Assembly: GCA_963750025.1 (NCBI GenBank)
Contig: CAVVPF010000002.1
Coordinates: 20,081-84,080, forward strand
DNA length: 64,000 nt
Reading direction: 5' to 3'
Origin: an uncultured Chloroflexia bacterium
Lineage (GTDB): Bacteria; Chloroflexota; Limnocylindria; QHBO01
Part shown: one piece after another, positions 47,966-56,439 of the stretch
Position numbering within the stretch: position 1 is the first letter of the stretch
How the letters are laid out: the number at the start of each line of letters is the position of its first letter
Position numbers and translations under genes: made by a program
The notes under the pieces: generated by a model
Told to the model about the DNA's origin: nothing
The model's input: the letters and a program-made list of their open reading frames with translations, nothing else
Databases searched by the model: none

Positions 47966-48840
47966 CAGCGCACCACCTTCTCGATCGGCACCACCAGGAT
48001 GTCGCGCGCGCCGACCGCCTTGAGGGCCGGGATGAGGCGCCAGAGCGAGGCGCGCTCGACGACCGTGTGGATGGCGATCATGTCCGGGTTGGCGAGCGGC
48101 ATGACGGTCGGCCCGGAGAGGCCGGGGATGAGCGCCCGGATCTGGTCGAGGGAGGCGGCCGGGGCGTTCATCATCATGTACTCCCTGCCCCGGGCGTCGA
48201 GCACGCTGCGGAGCATCCCGACCAGCGGCTGCCACGGCTCGGTCGGCTCCGCGGCGCGCGTGACGAGCACCGCCTGGGACTCCAGGAGGGTGGCGATCGG
48301 GCGCAGCCCGTTCAGGCGCAGCGTGGAACCGGTGGCAACCAGGTCGACGACCGCATCGGACACGCCCAGCTGCGGCGTGACCTCGACCGCACCGCGCACC
48401 TCGATCACCTGCGCCTCGATCCCTTCCGCCTCGAGGTAGGCGCGGGTCAAGCGGGGGAAGGCGGTCGCGACCCGGCAGCCATTGAGCTGCAGCGGCTCCG
48501 TGACCGATCCGCTGCGCGGGACCGCCAGCGTCAGCGTGCAGGCCCCGAAGCCGAGCTCCAGGACCGGGCGAAGCTCGGCCGGGTCCTGGGGTGCGCGCTC
48601 GGCGACCAGGTCTTGCCCTGTTACCCCGGCATCGACCAGACCGTCCGCCACGTACTCCGGCACGTCCTCCGCCCGCACGAAGAGGAGGTCGAGCTCGTAG
48701 TTGCGCGCCGATGCAGTGAGGCTGTGCTCGCTGACCTCCACCTCGAGCCCGGCGTCGCGCAGGAGCCGCAGGGCGGGCTCGGCCAGCCGCCCCTTGTTCG
48801 GCAGCGCCAGGCGCAGGGCGTCACCGCCGTTGAGGCTCAT
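47965..48840 (-). CDS. hisG: ATP phosphoribosyltransferase, long form
   Basis: LRLALPNKGRL, DLVATGSTL and a C-terminal regulatory domain. Confidence 0.9.
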   Translation of the reverse strand: MSLNGGDALRLALPNKGRLAEPALRLLRDAGLEVEVSEHSLTASARNYELDLLFVRAEDVPEYVADGLVDAGVTGQDLVAERAPQDPAELRPVLELGFGACTLTLAVPRSGSVTEPLQLNGCRVATAFPRLTRAYLEAEGIEAQVIEVRGAVEVTPQLGVSDAVVDLVATGSTLRLNGLRPIATLLESQAVLVTRAAEPTEPWQPLVGMLRSVLDARGREYMMMNAPAASLDQIRALIPGLSGPTVMPLANPDMIAIHTVVERASLWRLIPALKAVGARDILVVPIEKVVR

Positions 48841-49172
48841 GGCTCCCCTTCGGCCAGGCGATCCAGCAGGAGCCGATAGCCACCGCGCCCGTAGCGCAGC
48901 CACTGGTTGACGCGGCTGATCGTGGCGCTCGATGCGCCGGTCTGCTGGCTGATCTCGTGGTAGGGGACGCCGTGCTCGAGGAGGCGCGCGACCTGCCAGC
49001 GATGGCCGAACTCCTGGAGCTCACGGATGGTGCACAGGTCACGCAGGAAGCGGAGGGCCTCGTCCTCGTCACGCAGCGCGGCGACCGCACGGGCCAGGTC
49101 CGCCGTGTTGGCGGTCATCCAGGCATCGGCTGGTTCAGTCGGAACGGCTGGGTTGAGTGCGGCCTCTTTCAT
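48837..49172 (-). CDS. TrpR-like YerC/YecD-family DNA-binding protein
   Basis: FLRDLCTIRELQEFGHRWQVARLL..G.PYHEISQQTGASSATISRVNQWL matches the YerC/YecD family as I recall it. It is the first gene of the his operon. Confidence 0.75.
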   Translation of the reverse strand: MKEAALNPAVPTEPADAWMTANTADLARAVAALRDEDEALRFLRDLCTIRELQEFGHRWQVARLLEHGVPYHEISQQTGASSATISRVNQWLRYGRGGYRLLLDRLAEGEP

Positions 49173-49180
49173 GCTTTAGC

Positions 49181-49209
49181 ACGCTAATGCAGCAGCACGG
49201 GTCTGTCAA
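49181..49209 (-). promoter_or_regulatory. Canonical promoter of the yerC-his operon, near-leaderless
   Basis: Minus strand reads TTGACA (49209-04), a 17-nt spacer, TAGCGT (49186-81), 8 nt, then ATG at 49172. Confidence 0.55.
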
Positions 49210-49324
49210 CCGTCATGCGCCGGACTAGGACTGCCGCGCGCGACGGCGACATCGGTCCCGAGGCCGTACAGGAGGTGGGCGAGGTTGTAAGTGAACGAGT
49301 CGTAGTTGTCGAGCAGGAAGACCC

Positions 49325-50770
49325 TCACCTCGTACCTCCCAGCGCGGCGCGCATGGCCTCGGCCTTGGCGTCGACCTCGGCGGCCTCACGCGCGCGCTGC
49401 GAGTCCGCGACGATCCCGGCCCCGGCGTGCACGTGGGCCGCCTCCGGACCGATGACGGCGCTGCGGATGGTGATGGCTGCCTCCAGGTCGTCCGGCGCGA
49501 AGAAGCCGATGGCGCCGCCGTACGGCCCTCGCCGCTCGCCCTCCAGCCCGGCGATGGCCTGCATGGCCCGCACCTTCGGCGCGCCGCTGACGGTGCCCGC
49601 CGGGAAGGCGGCCCTGAGGGCGTCGAAGGCGTCGTGCTGCGGGGCAAGGCGGCCGCGGACCTCGCTGACAAGGTGCATGACGTGGCTGTAGCGCTCCACT
49701 GCTCGGAGCGTGGGTACCGTCACGCTGGCCGGCTCCGCGACCCGACCCACGTCGTTACGCGCCAGGTCGACGAGCATGGCGTGCTCGGCCAGCTCCTTCT
49801 CGTCGTGTTTCAGCTCCTCCTCGAGCGCGGCGTCCTGGAGCGGCTCGTCGTGGCGCGGCCGGGTGCCGGCGATGGGCCGCGTGACAACCTCGCCGTCGCG
49901 CACGCGCACCAGGAGCTCCGGCGACGCCCCAACCAGGGCCGATCCGCCACCCTCGCCGGCGAGGTCGACGTAGAAGAGGTACGGCGAGGGGTTGATGCGC
50001 CGCAGCGCGCGGTACACGGCGAACGGGTCGTACCTGCCGGGAAGCGTGAAGCGGCGGGCGAGCACCGCCTGCAGCATTTCGCCGGCCCGGATCTCCTCCA
50101 CGAACTTCGCGACCCCGGCCTCGAACCGCTCGCGGGCCGCCGGGTCCTCCAGCGAGAGGGCTGGTGCAGCGCGCTGCACCCTTCGCGGGCGCTCGTGGTC
50201 GCTCGGTTGCTCCAGGAGCGCCGCCACGGCGTTCAGCCGGCCGGTGGCTTCAGTGCCGTCGCCGGGCTCGCCAAGGGTCGCCAGCCGTGCCACCTGCCCG
50301 AGGTGGTCGAAGACGATCATCGCCGCCGGGATGTGGAAGACCGCTTCCGGCAGGCCTACCGGATCGGCCTCGGGCACCGGCAGCCGCTCCCAGCGGGCGG
50401 CGACCTCGTACGCCAGGTAGCCGACGCCCGCGGCCAGGGGGATCGGCAGCCGGCCGTCCGGGGCGGCTGGCGGCAGGACAGCGCGCAGCGCCTCGAGGGG
50501 ATCTGAGGCCTCGAAGCGGCGGAGCTCCGCGCCGTCGGCGTCTCGCAGGACCGCGTGGGAGCCCCGTACAGACAGCACCTGGCCGCGCGCGCCAACCAGC
50601 GAATGCCGACCATCGCGCACCCCGCCCTCGACGCTCTCGAGCAGGAAGGCGAGCCGCTCGCCGAGCCGCAGCGCGGCGCCGACCGGGGTCAGGGTATCGG
50701 CATTCAGCTCGAACGAGACAACCTCTGCGGTGGCTGCCTGCGGAGCCGGGCTGGTGGCTGTGGGCGGCAT
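49325..50770 (-). CDS. trpE: Anthranilate synthase component I
   Basis: LLESVEGG, INPSPYLFY, GTRPR and FPAGTVSGAPKVRAM motifs. The start is uncertain. The SD released by the T-box sequestrator points to ATG 50798, which is out of frame by one base. In-frame ATGs are at 50812 and 50770. Confidence 0.85.
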   Translation of the reverse strand: MPPTATSPAPQAATAEVVSFELNADTLTPVGAALRLGERLAFLLESVEGGVRDGRHSLVGARGQVLSVRGSHAVLRDADGAELRRFEASDPLEALRAVLPPAAPDGRLPIPLAAGVGYLAYEVAARWERLPVPEADPVGLPEAVFHIPAAMIVFDHLGQVARLATLGEPGDGTEATGRLNAVAALLEQPSDHERPRRVQRAAPALSLEDPAARERFEAGVAKFVEEIRAGEMLQAVLARRFTLPGRYDPFAVYRALRRINPSPYLFYVDLAGEGGGSALVGASPELLVRVRDGEVVTRPIAGTRPRHDEPLQDAALEEELKHDEKELAEHAMLVDLARNDVGRVAEPASVTVPTLRAVERYSHVMHLVSEVRGRLAPQHDAFDALRAAFPAGTVSGAPKVRAMQAIAGLEGERRGPYGGAIGFFAPDDLEAAITIRSAVIGPEAAHVHAGAGIVADSQRAREAAEVDAKAEAMRAALGGTR

Positions 50771-50798
50771 CGGTCTGGCCTGGGCGTCCTCGCGGCAT

Positions 50799-51080
50799 GG
50801 CAACGCCTCCATCCTGTCAGGGACGGAGGCGTATTCCGCGGTGCCACCCTTGTTCGGACCGATTGGTCCGCACTCGTCACGCACCGGCCCTCGATTGGAC
50901 CGATGCGCCAGGCCGTGGTAACGGGACCTTCCGTCGCCGCCTACTGCCGCTGCGCCTTCGCGCGAGCGGGTTCGGGGCGAGGCTCGCGGGTCCATTCGCT
51001 CGTCGGTGCCACGCCGGCTTGCACCATCCCGGCTCGCTGGAGAGTTGCCTGCTGACGAGGTACTGGTCCCGGTCGACGCC
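50799..51080 (-). promoter_or_regulatory. T-box leader, Trp specifier (UGG), SD-sequestering type
   Basis: Minus strand has AGGGTGGCACCGCGG (50851-50836), matching the T-box core AGGGUGGNACCGCG. The specifier context GAA-TGG-A places the codon at 50994-50992. A Stem-I helix CTCGTC...GACGAG has a GGTGCAA distal loop. The hairpin CGCCTCC-N14-GGAGGCG (50831-50804) sequesters the GGAGG SD. Confidence 0.7.
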
Positions 51081-51139
51081 GTCTTCGATTGGAAGCGCAT
51101 CGTAGGCGGCAGAGGGCGTGGTGGTCAAGCCCGACTCCG

Positions 51140-51556
51140 TCAACCCAACAGCAGGTCAATCGCCTGCAGGTAGCCCTGCCAGCCCTGCCCGATGACCTGG
51201 TGCCCCACGGCCGGTTCCAGCACCGAGGCGTGTCGCCACGCCTCGCGGGAAAAGACGTCGCTGATGTGCACCTCGACCGCGAGGCGCCCACAGGCGACCA
51301 GGGCATCGTGCAGCGCGCGGCTGGTGTGCGACAGGGCCCCGGCGTTGATGATCACCGCGTCGTAATCGAGCACCTCCAGCCGGTCGATGAGTGCGCCCTC
51401 GTGGTTGGACTGGAGGTGCTCGAGCGTCGACCCGCGCTCCTCCGCGTGGGCGCATGCCGCATCGACGATCTCGGCCAGGGTCATCGTTCCGTAGATCTCG
51501 GGCTGGCGACGCCCCAGGGTGCCGAGGTTCGGGCCGTTGAGCAGCAGGATCCGCAT
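51140..51556 (-). CDS. aroQ: Type II 3-dehydroquinate dehydratase
   Basis: LLLNGPNLG..G.R.P.IYG, QSNHEG and HISD motifs. Confidence 0.9.
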   Translation of the reverse strand: MRILLLNGPNLGTLGRRQPEIYGTMTLAEIVDAACAHAEERGSTLEHLQSNHEGALIDRLEVLDYDAVIINAGALSHTSRALHDALVACGRLAVEVHISDVFSREAWRHASVLEPAVGHQVIGQGWQGYLQAIDLLLG

Positions 51557-51559
51557 CGG

Positions 51560-53149
51560 TCAATCCTGGGCGACGGCGCGCAGCGCCGTCGCCAGCTCGG
51601 CATCCGTCACATCGTCGACCTCAACCGTCTGACCGATCGCCATCGGCAGGATCCAACGCTGGCGGCCGCGCTCGCGCTTCTTGTCGAGATCGAGGGCGGC
51701 GCGCACGCGCGCCGGGTCGAGCGCCATTCGCTGACGATAGCCAAGCTGGATCAGGAGCGCATCCAGGCGTGGCGCGAGCTCCTCGTCGCCGCCGCGCCTC
51801 GCCGCCAGATTCGCGGCCGCCCGTAGACCGATGGCGACCGCCGCGCCATGCGCCAGGCGGTAGCCGCTCGCCACCTCGAGCGCATGTCCGATCGTGTGGC
51901 CCAGGTTGAGGTTGCGTCGCTCGCCGGCCTCGAACGGGTCACGCTCGACGATCGCCAGCTTGACCCGGACGGCGCGTTCAGTGATGGCGTAGCGGACCTC
52001 CTCATCGCCGCGCAGCGCCGCCTTGCCGCGTCGCTCGATCAGCCGCCACAGCTCCGGATCGCCGATCATCGCGACCTTGATCGCCTCGGCCATGCCCTCG
52101 CGCAGCCGAGGGCGGGGGAGCGTACGCAGGGCGGCGAGATCCTCGACGACCGCGACGGGGGGCCAGAAGGCGCCGACCAGGTTCTTGGCCGCCGACAGGT
52201 CGACGGCGACCTTGCCGCCGATCGCCGCGTCGACCTGGGCCAGCCAGCTGGTGGGGACCTGGACGAGGGGCAGGCCCCGCGCGTAGAGGGCCGCCGCCAG
52301 CCCAGCGAGGTCGCCCAGCGTGCCGCCCCCGAAGGCCACGAGCGGGGTGCCGCGCTCGGTCCGCTGCCCTGCCAGCCACTCGAGGATGTGCTCAAGGCGA
52401 CGCAGTCGCTTGCTGCGCTCGCCGGCGGTGAGCTCAAGGCGCGGACCGGCAGGGAGTGCCGCGACGAGGGCCGGCAGCGCCCCGGCTGCCCGCCGGTCGG
52501 CCACGATCACGGGCTCACGCTCGACGATTCCGGCGTAGACCCCGTCCGGCAGGTCCACCCCGAGGACGATGCGCGCGGTGGCGGGGCCGATCGGGTGGTG
52601 GCGAGGGACCTCTGCGTCGAAGAGCCTCCCGGTCCGGGGCGTCGCCACCAGGCGGGCCGCGAGATCGTCCGCGACCTGCACCATCGGATGAGTGGCATCT
52701 ACCCACACGTCGGCGGCGCGGTAGAACGGTTCGCGCTGGGTCGCCAGGGCAAGCAGACGAGCGGTGGCGTCGGCGTCGAGCAGCGGGCGGGGCACGCCAT
52801 CGGTCTCGAGGCGTCGCGCGAGTTCGTCGACCGGCGCCTGGAGCCAGACCAGGCGGCCGTGCCGGCGGAGGGCCCATCGGTTCAGTGGGTCGTTCAGCGC
52901 ACCCGCTCCGGTCGCGATCACCGAGCCCGGCATGGCGCAGGCGCGGAGCAGCGCGTCGCGCTCGAGCTCTCGGAAGCTCGCCTCGCCGTCATGACGCAAG
53001 ATCGCGGGGACAGCGCGACCGGTGGCCTGCTCGACCAGCTCGTCCGTGTCGCACAGCTGCCGGCCCAGGCGCTGCGCAAGGACGCGCCCGACCGCTGTCT
53101 TCCCGCTTCCGGACAGCCCGACCAGCGCGATCCCGGCGGCCTCAGGCAT
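51560..53149 (-). CDS. aroK/aroB: Shikimate kinase fused to 3-dehydroquinate synthase
   Basis: The N-terminal P-loop is LVGLSGSGKTAVG. The DHQS body has GGGTLGDLAG and NLGHTIGHALE. ATG at 53149. Confidence 0.85.
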   Translation of the reverse strand: MPEAAGIALVGLSGSGKTAVGRVLAQRLGRQLCDTDELVEQATGRAVPAILRHDGEASFRELERDALLRACAMPGSVIATGAGALNDPLNRWALRRHGRLVWLQAPVDELARRLETDGVPRPLLDADATARLLALATQREPFYRAADVWVDATHPMVQVADDLAARLVATPRTGRLFDAEVPRHHPIGPATARIVLGVDLPDGVYAGIVEREPVIVADRRAAGALPALVAALPAGPRLELTAGERSKRLRRLEHILEWLAGQRTERGTPLVAFGGGTLGDLAGLAAALYARGLPLVQVPTSWLAQVDAAIGGKVAVDLSAAKNLVGAFWPPVAVVEDLAALRTLPRPRLREGMAEAIKVAMIGDPELWRLIERRGKAALRGDEEVRYAITERAVRVKLAIVERDPFEAGERRNLNLGHTIGHALEVASGYRLAHGAAVAIGLRAAANLAARRGGDEELAPRLDALLIQLGYRQRMALDPARVRAALDLDKKRERGRQRWILPMAIGQTVEVDDVTDAELATALRAVAQD

Positions 53150-53936
53150 ATGGCGACCCGTGAAGCTCGGCACCCAGCGCCTCGCGCATGACCTCGACCG
53201 GCGCGGGTGTGCCGGTCCACAGCTCGAAGCTCGCCGCAGCCTGGCGCAGCAGCATCCCGGCGCCGCCACGGGCCTGCGCGCCGGCCCCCAGCGCATCGCG
53301 AACCAGGCGCGTCGGGCTCGGCCGATAGACGAGGTCGAACACGGCGAGGTCGGAGCGGAGCAGCTCCGCGTGGACCGGGGTGGCGTCCGACGCCGTGCCG
53401 ACCGGCGTCGCGTTGACGAGCAGCTGCGCCTGGGCCAGGAGCGCCGGCATCTCGTCCCATCGGTCGCGGCCGACCAGCGTCACATCCGGGACTCCCGCAT
53501 CGGTCAGCGCGGAGAGCGCCGCACGAGCCGCGCCCCCGGCGCCCAGCACGATCGCGCGCGTGACCGATGCCTCCCGCTCGGCGAGCAGCTCGCCGAGCAG
53601 CTCGCCCAGCTCGGCTGCGAGGGCGGGCATGTCGGTGTTGTGCCCCGCCAGCTTGTCGCCGTCGCGCACGATCGTGTTCACGGCCCCGAGCCGGGCCGCC
53701 AGCGGCTCCAGCACATCGAGCAGTGCAGGAACGGCGAGCTTGTGGGGGATCGTCACGTTGGCCCCGTGCCGGTCCGGGCCGCGCAGCTCCGCGACCGCCC
53801 CCGACAGGGCATCGGGCGGAACGTCACGCAGGGTGTAGCGCCAGTCGAGGCCCGTCGCTGCGAAGGCGGCATCCTGCATCGCCGGCGACGCCGAATAACC
53901 GATCTGGTGGCCGAGCAGCACGACCTCGCCGCTCAT
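53142..53936 (-). CDS. aroE: Shikimate dehydrogenase
   Basis: SASPAMQDAAF, NVTIPHK, NTD and GAGGAARA motifs. Confidence 0.85.
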   Translation of the reverse strand: MSGEVVLLGHQIGYSASPAMQDAAFAATGLDWRYTLRDVPPDALSGAVAELRGPDRHGANVTIPHKLAVPALLDVLEPLAARLGAVNTIVRDGDKLAGHNTDMPALAAELGELLGELLAEREASVTRAIVLGAGGAARAALSALTDAGVPDVTLVGRDRWDEMPALLAQAQLLVNATPVGTASDATPVHAELLRSDLAVFDLVYRPSPTRLVRDALGAGAQARGGAGMLLRQAAASFELWTGTPAPVEVMREALGAELHGSPYA

Positions 53937-55135
53937 GCGTCCACCGCGACAGGCCGGCGCGATCGGCGCGTTCGCCGCCGCAACGCCGCCCGCAGGTCGC
54001 CGACCGTGTCGCCGCCGAGCGTCGCCAACAGCTCGTCCGCGAGCACCAGCGCGACCATCGCCTCGCCGACCACGGCGGCCCGCGGCAGGATCGTGATGTC
54101 GCTGCGCTCGATGTGCGCCCGCCCCACCTCCCCATCCGCCAGGTCGACGCTTGGCAGCGGCTTGCGCAGCGAGGAGATTGGCTTGACGGCGGCTCTCACC
54201 ACAACAGGTTCGCCGTTGCTGATGCCGCCCTCGATGCCGCCGGCCCGGTTCGTCAGGCGTCCCCAACCGGCCGCCGCCGGGTCGACGACATCATGCACCT
54301 GGCTGCCGCGCCGGTCGACGACGCCGAAGCCCAGGCCGATCTCGACCCCTTTTACGGCTGGGATGGCCATCACCGCGCCTGCCAGCAGCCCGTCCAGCCG
54401 GGTGTCCCACTCCGACGACGATCCCAGCCCCGTCGGCAGCCGCTCGGCGACGACCACGAACGAGCCGCCGATGGAGTCGCCCGCCTCGCGGACCGCATCG
54501 ATCTCAGCCAGCATCGCGCGCTCCGCCTCAGGGTCCGGGCAGCGCAGTGGGGATGGGCGTCGCAGGTCGGCGGCTGGCCAGCCGTCCGGCACGCTGCGCA
54601 CGACGTCGTCGGCTGCGGGGAAGGCGCGAATCGGCCCAACCTGGTCGACGAAGCTCCAGATGCGCACCCCGGCGACGCGCAGGAGTTGTCGCGCCAGCGA
54701 GCCGCCCACCACGCGCACCGCCGTCGAACGCGCCGAGGCACGCTCGAGGACGTCGCGAATGTCGTTGGCGTCGTACTTGATGGCGCCGGCCAGGTCCACG
54801 TGGCCCGGGCGTGCCAGGGTGATCGGTCGTGGCCGGTCCTCCGCGGCGGAGGCCTCGACCGCCATGCGGGCCTGCCAGTTCTGCCAGTCGAGGTTGTCGA
54901 CCCCGAAGCCGATCGGCGAGCCGAGCGTCCGCCCGAACCGGATTCCGCCGGTCCAGCGCACGCGGTCACGCTCGATCTGCATCCGGCGCCCGCTGCCGTA
55001 GCCATGCTGCCGGCGGCGCAGGTCGCGGTTCACGATCGCGGTCGAGACCGTGAGCCCGGCCGGCATCCCCTCCAGCACGCCGATCAGCCCCGGCCCATGC
55101 GACTCGCCGGCGGTTAGCAGGCGCAGCCGCCTCAT
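53933..55135 (-). CDS. aroC: Chorismate synthase
   Basis: LTAGESHG start and RPGHVDLAG. 400 aa. Confidence 0.9.
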   Translation of the reverse strand: MRRLRLLTAGESHGPGLIGVLEGMPAGLTVSTAIVNRDLRRRQHGYGSGRRMQIERDRVRWTGGIRFGRTLGSPIGFGVDNLDWQNWQARMAVEASAAEDRPRPITLARPGHVDLAGAIKYDANDIRDVLERASARSTAVRVVGGSLARQLLRVAGVRIWSFVDQVGPIRAFPAADDVVRSVPDGWPAADLRRPSPLRCPDPEAERAMLAEIDAVREAGDSIGGSFVVVAERLPTGLGSSSEWDTRLDGLLAGAVMAIPAVKGVEIGLGFGVVDRRGSQVHDVVDPAAAGWGRLTNRAGGIEGGISNGEPVVVRAAVKPISSLRKPLPSVDLADGEVGRAHIERSDITILPRAAVVGEAMVALVLADELLATLGGDTVGDLRAALRRRTRRSRRPVAVDA

Positions 55136-56439
55136 CGGTCCATCCCGGTGAGCGCGGCCAGGTCTTCGAAGAAGCCGGGGTAGGAGATGGCCACGCAGTC
55201 GGCGTCGTCGAGATGGACCGATGCGGCGACCCCCGTCGCCGCGGCAAGCGCGAAGGCGATCGCGACGCGGTGGTCTCCGTGGGAGCTGATGGCCGCATCT
55301 CGCGGCTCGCCACGCTGCACGCGCCAGCCGTCGGGCAGCTCCTCGACGTGCGCGCCGATCGCCGCCAGCCCGGCCACGACGGCCGCGATGCGGTCCGACT
55401 CTTTGACGCGCAGCTCGGCAGCGCCGCGCAGCTCGCTGATGCCGTCGGCGGCGGCCATGGCCACCGCCAGCAGCGGCAGCTCGTCGATCAGCCCGGGCAC
55501 GTCGTCCGCGCCCAGCTGGATGGCGTGCAGCCGGCCACCGCCGCGCACCGTGATCTCTCCGACCGGCTCCGGGCCGTCGGTGGCCACCTCGTGCACCTCG
55601 ATCCGGGCGCCCATGGCGCGCAGGACATCCACGCTGGCCAGGCGGGTCGGGTTGAGGCAGACGCCCTCCAGCCGCAGCTCGGCGTCGGGGTGGAGTGCCC
55701 CGGCCACGAGCCAGGCGGCGGCCGACGACGGATCACCGGGCACCTCGAACGATCGGGCCGTGAGGCGGGTCGGTCCGCGCACGGTGGTCGTCAGCCCGTC
55801 GCGCGCGATGTCGGCGCCCATCCACGCCAACAGCCGCTCGGTGTGGTCGCGCACCGCGGCGGGCGAGTGGATGACGGTCATGCCGTTGGCCGAGAGGGCC
55901 GCGCAGGCGATCGCGCCGAGCAGCTGGGCGCTGGGCACCGCCAGGTGGTGCTCGAGCGCGGTGAGCGGGGTCCGGCCGCTGATGCGCAGCGGGGCGTGGC
56001 CATCATCGGTATCGACCTGGGCGCCCATCGCGCGCAGCGGTGCCGCCACCCGCTCCATCGGGCGCCGACTCAGGGAGGCGTCGCCGTCCAGGATGGCGAA
56101 GAGCGGCTGGCCGGCGAGCGCGCCGGCCAGGAGTCGCATGGTGGTGCCGGAGTTTCCGCAGTCGAGCGGCTGGTCCGGCGTACGCCACTCCCCACCCCGG
56201 ATGTGGGCGACCATCGGCTCACCGTCGAGGACCTGGAGCTGCGCGCCGAGCCCGCGAAGACAGCCGATCGTGCTCCACACATCTAGGCCTGGCCGGTTCA
56301 GCCTCACCTCTGCCGTCCCATCTGCCAGGGCATTGGCGAGCAGCGCGCGATGGGTGATCGACTTGTCAGAGGGCAGCCGCAGCCGGCCATCCAGCCGAGC
56401 AGCCGGCCGAATCGGATGCGGCTTGACCGTCGCCGTCAC
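55132..56439 (-). CDS. aroA: 3-phosphoshikimate 1-carboxyvinyltransferase (EPSP synthase)
   Basis: LPSDKSITHRAL, NSGTTMRLL and KESDR motifs. Confidence 0.9.
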   Translation of the reverse strand: MTATVKPHPIRPAARLDGRLRLPSDKSITHRALLANALADGTAEVRLNRPGLDVWSTIGCLRGLGAQLQVLDGEPMVAHIRGGEWRTPDQPLDCGNSGTTMRLLAGALAGQPLFAILDGDASLSRRPMERVAAPLRAMGAQVDTDDGHAPLRISGRTPLTALEHHLAVPSAQLLGAIACAALSANGMTVIHSPAAVRDHTERLLAWMGADIARDGLTTTVRGPTRLTARSFEVPGDPSSAAAWLVAGALHPDAELRLEGVCLNPTRLASVDVLRAMGARIEVHEVATDGPEPVGEITVRGGGRLHAIQLGADDVPGLIDELPLLAVAMAAADGISELRGAAELRVKESDRIAAVVAGLAAIGAHVEELPDGWRVQRGEPRDAAISSHGDHRVAIAFALAAATGVAASVHLDDADCVAISYPGFFEDLAALTGMDR

